Positions 18,571 through 25,965 of a DNA stretch of 64,000 bases are shown here, one piece after another. A program made the position numbers and the translations under genes. This DNA is from an uncultured Verrucomicrobiae bacterium (lineage in GTDB: Bacteria > Verrucomicrobiota > Verrucomicrobiia > Limisphaerales > UBA11358): the NCBI GenBank assembly GCA_963797825.1, contig CAWCRR010000041.1:24436-88435 (forward strand), given 5' to 3'. How positions within the stretch are numbered: position 1 is the stretch's first letter; each line of letters begins with the position of its first letter. The notes beneath the pieces were generated by a model. The model was given only the letters and a program-made list of their open reading frames with translations. It was not told the DNA's origin and did not search any database.

Positions 18571-19668
18571 ATGCTCTCAGAAACAAAACAGGCGAATGAG
18601 AAAAAACCGGAACTGTCCGCGCCGAAAATCCTGGAGGAGCTTGTCCACCAGGCCGAGCGCGCCGGCGCCAGCGACATCCACCTCCAGATGCGGGGCCATG
18701 TCGCCGAAGTCGCTTTCCGGCTCGATGGCGTGATCTCCCCGGTGAAGGAATTACCCGCGGAAGTCGCCGACCGGGTGTTCGGGCGCGTCAAATTTCTCGC
18801 CAAACTCAAGACCTACCAGGAAACCCTGCCGCAGGATGGCCGCATCGCGCGCGATGAATTGAAAAGCCGCAACGATCTCCGCGTGGCCACCTATCCCACC
18901 GTGACCGGCGAGAAAATCGTCCTGCGCCTGTTCAACACGGATTCCGTCAAGGCCTTGGGCGAGATCGGGCTTCCCGAAAATGCCCGGGTGGAATTGGAAA
19001 AGTTTCTCGGCCAGCCCAGCGGCCTGCTTTTGCTCACCGGCCCCGCGGGCAGCGGCAAGACGACAACGATTTATGCCTGTCTGCGTCACCTCGCTGAAAA
19101 GGGCGGACGCCACATCATCACCGTTGAGGACCCCGTCGAGCAGATTGTCTCCGGCACGATGCAAACCGAGATCAACGAGGCCATCGGCCTTGATTTTGCG
19201 AAAGCCGCCCGGCATCTCCTGCGACAGGACCCGCAAGTGCTCATCCTCGGCGAAATCCGGGATGAAGCCACCGCCCAACTCGCCGTGCGCGCCGGCCTGA
19301 CCGGTCATCTGGTCATTTCCACCCTCCACGCCGGTTCCTGTCGCGGCGTGTTCGAGCGGTTGCTCACCATGTGTGCCGATCATTCCGCCGTGGCCAGCGC
19401 TGTGGAACTCGTCTTGAACCAGCGGCTCATCCGCAAAGTGTGTTCGGGGTGCGACGGATCGGGTTGCGATAGCTGCCTGCAAACCGGTTACAACGGGCGC
19501 CTCCCGTTGGTCGAATCATTGCACATGGACGAAAAAGCGCGCGAGCAAGTCCGCCGGCGCGAATTGTCATCGCTCGCCCCCGCGCAGACGCTCGAAGCGT
19601 CCGCCCGTCTGCTCGTGAACCAGGGCGTCACCAATGAAGCCGAGTTCAAACGCATTTTTGGCCTATGA
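18571..19668 (+). CDS. GspE/PilB-family secretion ATPase (short form without N1 domain)
   Basis: 365 aa. It has Walker A LTGPAGSGKTTT, an Asp box, Walker B ILGEIRD, a His box LVISTLHA and a tetracysteine cluster CSGCDGSGCDSC. It starts 1 nt after the anti-sigma ORF. Confidence 0.88.
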   Translation: MLSETKQANEKKPELSAPKILEELVHQAERAGASDIHLQMRGHVAEVAFRLDGVISPVKELPAEVADRVFGRVKFLAKLKTYQETLPQDGRIARDELKSRNDLRVATYPTVTGEKIVLRLFNTDSVKALGEIGLPENARVELEKFLGQPSGLLLLTGPAGSGKTTTIYACLRHLAEKGGRHIITVEDPVEQIVSGTMQTEINEAIGLDFAKAARHLLRQDPQVLILGEIRDEATAQLAVRAGLTGHLVISTLHAGSCRGVFERLLTMCADHSAVASAVELVLNQRLIRKVCSGCDGSGCDSCLQTGYNGRLPLVESLHMDEKAREQVRRRELSSLAPAQTLEASARLLVNQGVTNEAEFKRIFGL

Positions 19669-19680
19669 ATAGTTTAACCT

Positions 19681-20040
19681 GTAGCAGCGGACATGAGTCC
19701 GCTCTAATTTCATTCAAGCACCGAACAAACGACCGAACTGGCTCATATCGGCTTATCCCGAAGGGATGCAGGCTGGTAGCCACGGGTGGAGCGCCGCGGA
19801 ACCCGTGGACAGGAATTCAGGAAGAGAAAACCCGCCCCCTCGGGGCGGAGGAAAATTCGCGCATTGAACCCCCGAACTTGGTAGGGACGGCGCGCTGCGC
19901 CGTCCGCGCCGCGTTCAGCGGCGCAACGTGGGGCGTGATTGAGCGCGCCTTGGTCCATTCGTTCCGCCCGCTCCACGCGGGCGGGGACATCACAGCACGA
20001 TGTCCCTACCGGAATCAGGGTCAGGGTGAGGTGAGGTCGG
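19681..20040. repeat. Cluster of four REP-type units between gspE and the first pilin-like gene
   Basis: A family E unit lies at 19681-19705. A family B doublet lies at 19880-20010 (gtagggacggcgcgctgcgccgtcc ... gggacatcacagcacgatgtccctac). A family A fragment lies at 20015-20040. Confidence 0.75.
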
Positions 20041-20213
20041 GGCAGACTCATATAAAAGATTGTCTCTCTTTCTTCGCCGGCGTTCATAGTCGGGGCTACA
20101 CCCTGGTGGAGCTTTTATGTGTCATCGGCATTATCGGAGTTTTGGCCGGTCTTTATCTGGGTGCCATCGCCCGGGCCTTTCTTCATATCACGAAGTTTCT
20201 CCACCATTTTTAA
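20031..20213 (+). CDS. Minimal prepilin-type protein (N-terminal methylation motif only)
   Basis: ..HSRG/YTLVELLCVIGIIGVLAG.. is a class III signal with Gly at -1 and Glu at +5. Only 38 residues follow the predicted cleavage site. No in-frame ATG exists, so the GTG at 20031 is my guess. The frame stays open back to 19665. Confidence 0.45.
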   Translation: MRSGQTHIKDCLSFFAGVHSRGYTLVELLCVIGIIGVLAGLYLGAIARAFLHITKFLHHF

Positions 20214-20217
20214 AACC

Positions 20218-21231
20218 ATGAAAAACGACGAATTTGCCTTCTTTAACCAACAACTCGCCGCGATGTTGCGCGACGGCATCCCCCTCGAAGGCGCTTTGCA
20301 CCGGCTGTGCGATGACATGCGCCGCGGCAGATTGCGCGACGAATTGCAGGCCCTCGAAGCCGACCTCTCGCGCGGCACGCCGATGGCCGAAGCTCTCAAA
20401 CCGCGCCAATTGCCCGAACTTTACAAACGGATGGTCCTGATCGGCGTCAAAGGAGGTGACCTGCCGGGCGCGTTGACGATGCTGGCGGATTATTTTCAAC
20501 GGCAGAACGACATTTGGACGCGGCTCAAAAGCATGATGACCTATCCGCTGATCGTCATGTTTGCGGGTTTTTTGATTTCAACCGTGATTGCTCTCCTCTG
20601 GTCCTGTGTCATTGGCCCCTCTTTTCGCAGTGTATTCTCAGGCATGGGATTTATGCTTCCCGGCGCAACCCTGCTTGCCTTTCAAACGTTACGAGTGATT
20701 TGGGTATTTCCGGTCATCCTCGGCATTTTTTTTGTTTTAGTGGTCGGAATAGTTTTTCTGCCTGTCCTGCGCGGAAAATTTCTTTGGCGTTTGCCGGCTT
20801 TCAAAGAAGCAACAGTCTCGCGTGTCGCCTCGGCATTGACCCTCCTTTTAAAAAGCGGCGTCAATTTTCCAGAAGCCGTCGGACTTGTTGAACAGCTTGA
20901 GGATCGCAGCACCGCCGCCGAAGACCTGCGGCAATGGAAGGCAAAGCTGGCCACGGGCGTGTCGAAATTCTCAGAGCTTGCCGTGGCTGATAAGGTGTTT
21001 CCGCCGATGTTCGCCTGGATCGTCGCCAGCGCCGGGGAAGATTTGATTGCCGGAATGAATCGCGCGGCGGAAATCTATTATTCACGCGCCGTTTACCGCA
21101 CTGAAATCGCGCTTTTTTCCGTGCTGCCGGTCGCTTCATTATTCCTTGGGGCCATCGTCCTCTCACAGGCGTTTTTGGTGATCAGCATGTTTTTACCGAT
21201 GTTATATATGATCAACGCCATGTCCTCCTGA
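20218..21231 (+). CDS. GspF/PilC-family platform protein, paralogue 1
   Basis: 337 aa from the ATG at 20218. It has two T2SS-F-like cytoplasmic repeats (FFNQLAAMLRDGIPL.., ALTLLLKSGVNFPEA..) and three TM segments. Confidence 0.8.
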   Translation: MKNDEFAFFNQQLAAMLRDGIPLEGALHRLCDDMRRGRLRDELQALEADLSRGTPMAEALKPRQLPELYKRMVLIGVKGGDLPGALTMLADYFQRQNDIWTRLKSMMTYPLIVMFAGFLISTVIALLWSCVIGPSFRSVFSGMGFMLPGATLLAFQTLRVIWVFPVILGIFFVLVVGIVFLPVLRGKFLWRLPAFKEATVSRVASALTLLLKSGVNFPEAVGLVEQLEDRSTAAEDLRQWKAKLATGVSKFSELAVADKVFPPMFAWIVASAGEDLIAGMNRAAEIYYSRAVYRTEIALFSVLPVASLFLGAIVLSQAFLVISMFLPMLYMINAMSS

Positions 21232-21240
21232 ACAAAAAAT

Positions 21241-22395
21241 ATGAGCGACATCTTTTCCTTTTTTTTCGTTTTCTTTTGGTTCGCATTTTTGATCCTCCTT
21301 CCGGGGTTTCTCTTCTCCTTCCTTCTGCATCATTTGCTCTCGATGCCGATGCATCGGCGCGATCGCGCCTTGTTCTTTTTGGACTTGATTGAAACCGTTT
21401 TGCAGCGGGGGCAATCCGTGGAGCAGGCCATCCTTTCCAGCGCAGAAAATCAGGATCGGGCGATGGGCGTGGGCTATTTTTTGTTGGCCGCGCATATTGA
21501 GAATGGCGCTAAACTGGGCGAAGCGTTGGAAAAGGTGCCTTCTTTCCTGCCGCCGCAAGTCAATGCCATGCTTCAGGCCGGCGAAAAGCAGGGTGATCTA
21601 AAGAGAGTTTTGCCAGCTTGTCGTGAAGTTTTGCGGGTGGCGCCGGACACTGTTCGCACCACGATGCATTATATGGTCGCCATTCTGCTTCTTTTTGCCC
21701 CCATCGCCATTTGGTTGATCAGCGTCCTCTCTGTTTTTGTGATCCCGAGATTTAAAGATGTGGCCGCGGGCTCTGATGCTCCCCTCTGGCCGGTGACACG
21801 ATTTGTCTTTGGATATACTTTTCTGTTCATTGATTTTGAAATGATCATATTTTTCGTCTTGGTAGCCGTCGCCACCATCTACATCGGTGGACCCGGTTTT
21901 GTCCGCTATTTCCGCTTCAAAAGCATTCCTGTGGTCGATGAGCTTGAATGGCACATTCCCTGGAAAAGAAAGAAATTGCAACGGACCTTTTCCGCTATGC
22001 TCGCCGTATTGCTGGATGGCGGCGTGCCGGAGGCTGAAGCGGTACGGCTGGCCGGCGATTGCACGGCCAATGAGATTTGCCGCCGTCGGGCGCAGCAAAT
22101 TGTTTTGGCTTTGCAGCAGGGCCGGAAATTGCAAGATGCAATCGGCGCTTTCGATGTTAGTGGCGAGTTTCGTTGGCGGCTGGCGAATGCCACCCATGCG
22201 CAGGGTGGGTTCTTAAAGGCCCTCAATGGCTGGCTTGAGGCCCTGGATGCCAAAGCCTTTCAGCAGGAAGAAACCGCCACTCATGCCCTCACCAGCGGAC
22301 TGGTCATCATCAATGGAGTGATCGTCGGGCTTATCGCGACGGCGATGTTCGGCGTTTTGATCGCGATCTTAAATGGCCAATTGGCAGGATCATGA
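21241..22395 (+). CDS. GspF/PilC-family platform protein, paralogue 2
   Basis: 384 aa. T2SS-F-like repeats are present (LIETVLQRGQSVEQA.., MLAVLLDGGVPEAEA..) with TM helices. It lies 10 nt after paralogue 1. Confidence 0.7.
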   Translation: MSDIFSFFFVFFWFAFLILLPGFLFSFLLHHLLSMPMHRRDRALFFLDLIETVLQRGQSVEQAILSSAENQDRAMGVGYFLLAAHIENGAKLGEALEKVPSFLPPQVNAMLQAGEKQGDLKRVLPACREVLRVAPDTVRTTMHYMVAILLLFAPIAIWLISVLSVFVIPRFKDVAAGSDAPLWPVTRFVFGYTFLFIDFEMIIFFVLVAVATIYIGGPGFVRYFRFKSIPVVDELEWHIPWKRKKLQRTFSAMLAVLLDGGVPEAEAVRLAGDCTANEICRRRAQQIVLALQQGRKLQDAIGAFDVSGEFRWRLANATHAQGGFLKALNGWLEALDAKAFQQEETATHALTSGLVIINGVIVGLIATAMFGVLIAILNGQLAGS

Positions 22396-22787
22396 AAACA
22401 AAATCATTAAACTTCAATCAAGGCCTGATTGCCCGCAGCCGCCGCGCCTATCTGGAAATGGACATGGTGCTCGCCATCATGATCCTCTCGGTGGCCATCG
22501 TCCCCCTCGCTTTTTCCTTCGCGCGCGAACGCGCCGTCCTCCGCGCGGAATATGTCCGCAGCGTCGCGGATGAGATCGTGGACGGTGAGACGGAAATCCT
22601 GGCGGCCGGCGAATGGAAAGATTTTCCCGACGGCGCGCAAACTTACACTGTCCCTGCCCATGCCGCGGCGGAATTGCCGCCGGGCCGCTTCGAATTGACC
22701 AAAAATGGAAACCATCTCCGCCTGGAATGGTTGCCAAACAAACAACAGGGATTTGGCGCCATTTCCCGCGAAATCACCGTCAAATGA
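22392..22787 (+). CDS. Pilin-like small protein with degenerate N-terminal helix
   Basis: 131 aa. RRAYLEMDMVLAIMILSVAIV resembles a pseudopilin N-helix but lacks the canonical G(-1)/E(+5) spacing. It overlaps the gspF-2 stop by 4 nt. Confidence 0.4.
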   Translation: MKTKSLNFNQGLIARSRRAYLEMDMVLAIMILSVAIVPLAFSFARERAVLRAEYVRSVADEIVDGETEILAAGEWKDFPDGAQTYTVPAHAAAELPPGRFELTKNGNHLRLEWLPNKQQGFGAISREITVK

Positions 22788-22840
22788 ACCTGTCTCTAAC
22801 AATTCGTAGCAGCCGACGTGAGGAGGCTCTGGCCGAAAAA

Positions 22841-22868
22841 TCTCAAATCTCAAATCTCAAATCTCAAA
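22841..22868. repeat. Heptanucleotide tandem repeat (tctcaaa x4) ending at a pseudopilin ATG
   Basis: Read directly. A family E REP unit (22806-22830) precedes it. Confidence 0.85.
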
Positions 22869-23341
22869 TGGATCAGAGATGTTCCGGTATGCTGCTCATC
22901 GAGTGCCTGGTTTACATCGCGGTCTTTGCCGTGCTTCTCACCGGGGCAATGACCGCATTCTATTTTTGCTGGGACAGCTCGACCGCTTTGATCGGCGATA
23001 CCGAGCAGATCCATTCCGCTTTGACCGCCGGCGAGCGCTGGCGCTCAGATGTGCGCGCGGCCACTGGGAACATTTCCATTGCGACCACGCCTGGCGGAGA
23101 AACCGTTAAAATCCCCGAAGGCCAAAACGAAATCGACTACCTTTTCGCCTCCGGCCAGGTCTCCCGCCAAAGCGGATCAGCGAAGGCGGTGGTGCTTTCG
23201 AGAGTGAAAACCTCCGGAATGGAAATGGACGCGCGCGGCGGCGTGACTGCCTGGCGATGGGAACTGGAATTGACGCCGCGCCGGAACGAAACCCACCTCC
23301 CGCTGTCATTCACCTTTGAAGCCGCTCAACCCAAGCCATGA
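22868..23341 (+). CDS. Pseudopilin-like protein (prepilin N-terminal cleavage/methylation motif)
   Basis: MDQRCSG/MLLIECLVYIAVFAVLL has a 7-aa leader, Gly at -1 and Glu at +5. It is 157 aa from the ATG at 22868. An alternative ATG at 22784 overlaps the previous stop. Confidence 0.65.
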   Translation: MDQRCSGMLLIECLVYIAVFAVLLTGAMTAFYFCWDSSTALIGDTEQIHSALTAGERWRSDVRAATGNISIATTPGGETVKIPEGQNEIDYLFASGQVSRQSGSAKAVVLSRVKTSGMEMDARGGVTAWRWELELTPRRNETHLPLSFTFEAAQPKP

Positions 23342-23559
23342 AAATACCAACACCAAACCAGTTTGCGCACCGCGACCGCGGCATGGCGACAATTCTTTTC
23401 ATCGCGCTGCTGGCGATCATGATCGTGCTGGTCACCGCCAATCTTCATGCCCTGGCGCGTCTGCACCGCGAAGTCAAATTACTCGAGCAGCAACAAATCA
23501 AGCGGTTGGAAACTTCCCAAACCAATTCAATCACGGTCACCCATTTGACCTTAAAATGA
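23338..23559 (+). CDS. GspK-like minimal pilin-type protein
   Basis: 73 aa. ..HRDRG/MATILFIALLAIMIVLV is a pilin-type hydrophobic helix without Glu+5, as in GspK-type minor pseudopilins. It has an ATGA overlap with the preceding gene. Confidence 0.4.
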   Translation: MKIPTPNQFAHRDRGMATILFIALLAIMIVLVTANLHALARLHREVKLLEQQQIKRLETSQTNSITVTHLTLK

Positions 23560-23828
23560 ATAACGGCCCCGCCAAAATCAAAATGATCAATGCTTCGATG
23601 CGATGCTTCACCTTTGGCATGCTTGCCCTGCTGCCCATCATCGGAATTCCCTTTGGAATCATCGCCCTGGTCTATGCCGGGAAAGCCCGCGCCGGACAAA
23701 AGAAATTTTGGAACCCCGCTCACGCCCATGTGCTGGCGGGCGGCCTTGTCGCCGCATTATGCACCATTTTGTGGAGTTTTATCTTCATACTAATCATCTT
23801 TAATCTCCTAAACCCAGGCCCGGATTGA
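23556..23828 (+). CDS. Small two-TM membrane protein, last gene of the cluster
   Basis: 90 aa from an ATG that overlaps the previous stop (ATGA). It has two long hydrophobic helices. I recognised no family. Confidence 0.4.
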   Translation: MNNGPAKIKMINASMRCFTFGMLALLPIIGIPFGIIALVYAGKARAGQKKFWNPAHAHVLAGGLVAALCTILWSFIFILIIFNLLNPGPD

Positions 23829-24002
23829 GGGGGTAAAGGGGGCCTTAATCCTAATCCTAATCTCACTGGATAGGTCGTAGGAGACGACGTGAGGAGTCTC
23901 TAATCTTCTCTCCGTTGGATGTTGGATGTCTTTCCATCTTCCATCCCCGGCTTCCCTTCCGCCGCTCCTTGTTTTCCCTATAATTTCAGCTAGAATGACC
24001 GC

Positions 24003-25166
24003 GTGATCTACGACGCGTCACTTGATGAGCTTCTGCAAAAGGTCTGGAACGGCACACGCATTTCCCAGGCCGATGCCTTGCGTCTTTATCATTTGCCCCT
24101 GGAAGAACTGGGCGCGCTCGCCGACCGCCGTCGGCAATTGGCCAAGGCCAAAGATTTCAATGGTCGCGGCAACGACATCGTCACCTACATCGTTGACCGC
24201 AACGTCAATTACACCAACGTCTGCAACGTCTATTGCAAGTTTTGCGCCTTTTACCGCGTGGAAAAAGACGACGATTCGTATGTGATTTCGTTCGACGAGA
24301 TGGACCGGAAGATCGAGGAGACCATCGCCCTCGGCGGCACGCAAATGCTGATGCAGGGCGGGCACCATCCCAAATTGACCAAGCAGTGGTACCTCGACCT
24401 GTTGTCGCACGTCAAAAGCAAATATCCCGATTTCAATATCCACGGATTCAGCCCCAGCGAGTTCATCCATTTCCGCGAAGTTTTTAACGAGCCACTGGAA
24501 AAGATCATTGGCGATTTCAAGGCCGCGGGCCTCGGCTCGATCCCTGGAGGCGGCGGCGAAATTTTGGTGGACCGCGTGCGCCAGCGTATTTCACCGCTCA
24601 AAGCCATGAGCGATGACTGGCTCGAGGTCATGGACGTGGCCCACCGGCTTGGCTTGTATTCCAGCGCCACCATGATGTTCGGCCACGTCGAGACCATCGA
24701 GGACCGCATCGAACATCTCGATCGGCTGCGGGCGCAACAGGACAAATCATTAAAGCGGAAAGCGGAAAGCGAAAAGGCGGAAAACGCCGCGAGAGATTCT
24801 GTTTCCGCCTTCCGCTTTTCTCCGGGCCATTTCACGGCTTTCATCTGCTGGACGTTTCAGGCCGAGCATACCAGGTTGAAGGCCCCAACGGTCGGCGCGC
24901 AGGAATACTTGCGCACCCAGGCGCTGGGCCGGATTTATTTGGACAATTTCACCAACGTGCAAAGCTCCTGGGTCACCCAGGGACTCGAGATCGGCCAGGT
25001 GGCCCTCAAATTCGGCGCCAACGATTTGGGCAGCATCATGATCGAAGAAAATGTCGTGTCCCAGGCCGGTACCACCTTTCGCATGACCGTGGAGGACATG
25101 AAACGGCTCATTTCCGAACTGGGCTATGAGCCGCACCAGAGGAATAATTGGTACCGATTGGTGTAA
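24003..25166 (+). CDS. Radical SAM enzyme of the futalosine menaquinone pathway (MqnC/MqnE-CofH family)
   Basis: 387 aa with a GTG start. Motifs are YIVDRNVNYTNVCNVYCKFCAFYR (CxxxCxxC), QGGHHP, IPGGGGEIL and the C-terminal FGANDLGSIMIEENV. Confidence 0.8.
   Translation: MIYDASLDELLQKVWNGTRISQADALRLYHLPLEELGALADRRRQLAKAKDFNGRGNDIVTYIVDRNVNYTNVCNVYCKFCAFYRVEKDDDSYVISFDEMDRKIEETIALGGTQMLMQGGHHPKLTKQWYLDLLSHVKSKYPDFNIHGFSPSEFIHFREVFNEPLEKIIGDFKAAGLGSIPGGGGEILVDRVRQRISPLKAMSDDWLEVMDVAHRLGLYSSATMMFGHVETIEDRIEHLDRLRAQQDKSLKRKAESEKAENAARDSVSAFRFSPGHFTAFICWTFQAEHTRLKAPTVGAQEYLRTQALGRIYLDNFTNVQSSWVTQGLEIGQVALKFGANDLGSIMIEENVVSQAGTTFRMTVEDMKRLISELGYEPHQRNNWYRLV
24744..24824. repeat. In-frame palindromic insert inside the radical SAM gene
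   Basis: These 81 nt encode KSLKRKAESEKAENAARDSVSAFRFSP. They contain gcggaaagcggaaagcgaaaaggcggaaa ... tttccgccttccgcttttc, with a 10-bp perfect stem core (24774-24783 pairing with 24802-24811). Confidence 0.6.
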
Positions 25167-25249
25167 CGTTTAAGACGCCTCCCCGTATTGCGGTTGACAG
25201 CACCCGCAACCGGCGCGAAGGTGTGGTGTTATATAAATAGAGTTATTTT

Positions 25250-25930
25250 ATGAAAATTTTAAACCTTCAATACTGGCTGGTTGGCGCTGCCGTTGCCGCT
25301 TTCCTGGCCGGCGCCGCACAGGCCCAAAATACCCCGGATGTTTCCGTTGTGAATTCGACCGCTCCCGCTGTGACCGCCGCGCCTGCGACCCCCGCGCCGG
25401 AATTGGCCAGCAGCGTTTCCCAAGTCCTGCAGCTTTCTCAGGCGAAAATCAGCGACGGCACCATCGTCAGTTTTATCAACAACTCCAGCACGAGCTATCC
25501 GCTCGCGGCGTCGCAAATCGTTTATCTGAAACAGCAGGGCGTCTCCGACGCAGTGCTCAACGCGATGCTCAACCAACACCCGGCAATTATCGCTTCCAGC
25601 GCGCCGGAGCCGGATAATTCCACGCCCGCCCAAACGGCGACAGCTACCGCTCCCACAGTGACGACGTACGAAACCGTTCCCTCCTCCTCGGTTTACGTCA
25701 TCCCGGATACCCAAACTTATTACTATGACAGCGGGTATTACGGTTATCCGTATTATGGATATCCGTATTACTATGGGCCGGGTGTTTCCATCGGACTGGG
25801 CTGGGGCTGGCATGGCGGCTACGGCGGTGGCTGGCACGGTGGCTATGGTGGCGGTTGGCATGGCGGTGGCGGCGGCTGGCACGGCGGCGGCGGTGGCTGG
25901 CACGGCGGCGGCGGTGGCTGGCATCGCTGA
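25250..25930 (+). CDS. Secreted low-complexity protein with Tyr-rich segment and C-terminal (GGGWH)n repeats
   Basis: 226 aa with a signal peptide. It contains YYYDSGYYGYPYYGYPYYYGP followed by six WHGG(Y/G)GGG repeats. Confidence 0.55.
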   Translation: MKILNLQYWLVGAAVAAFLAGAAQAQNTPDVSVVNSTAPAVTAAPATPAPELASSVSQVLQLSQAKISDGTIVSFINNSSTSYPLAASQIVYLKQQGVSDAVLNAMLNQHPAIIASSAPEPDNSTPAQTATATAPTVTTYETVPSSSVYVIPDTQTYYYDSGYYGYPYYGYPYYYGPGVSIGLGWGWHGGYGGGWHGGYGGGWHGGGGGWHGGGGGWHGGGGGWHR

Positions 25931-25965
25931 AATCGACAAATATCCGGTTTTGGTTAAGTTAAGCC

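Noticed and set aside
19665-20213. The 182-aa ORF taken as a normal protein-coding gene.
   Set aside because: About 120 of its codons are REP units that also occur in non-coding contexts elsewhere. Only the last 45 or so codons look like a real (pilin-type) protein. It is kept as a finding rather than annotated at full length.
23979-23984. TATAAT hexamer 19 nt upstream of the radical SAM gene, considered as a promoter.
   Set aside because: No acceptable -35 hexamer lies at 16-18-nt spacing (cttccg). A single hexamer match is too weak to report as a feature.
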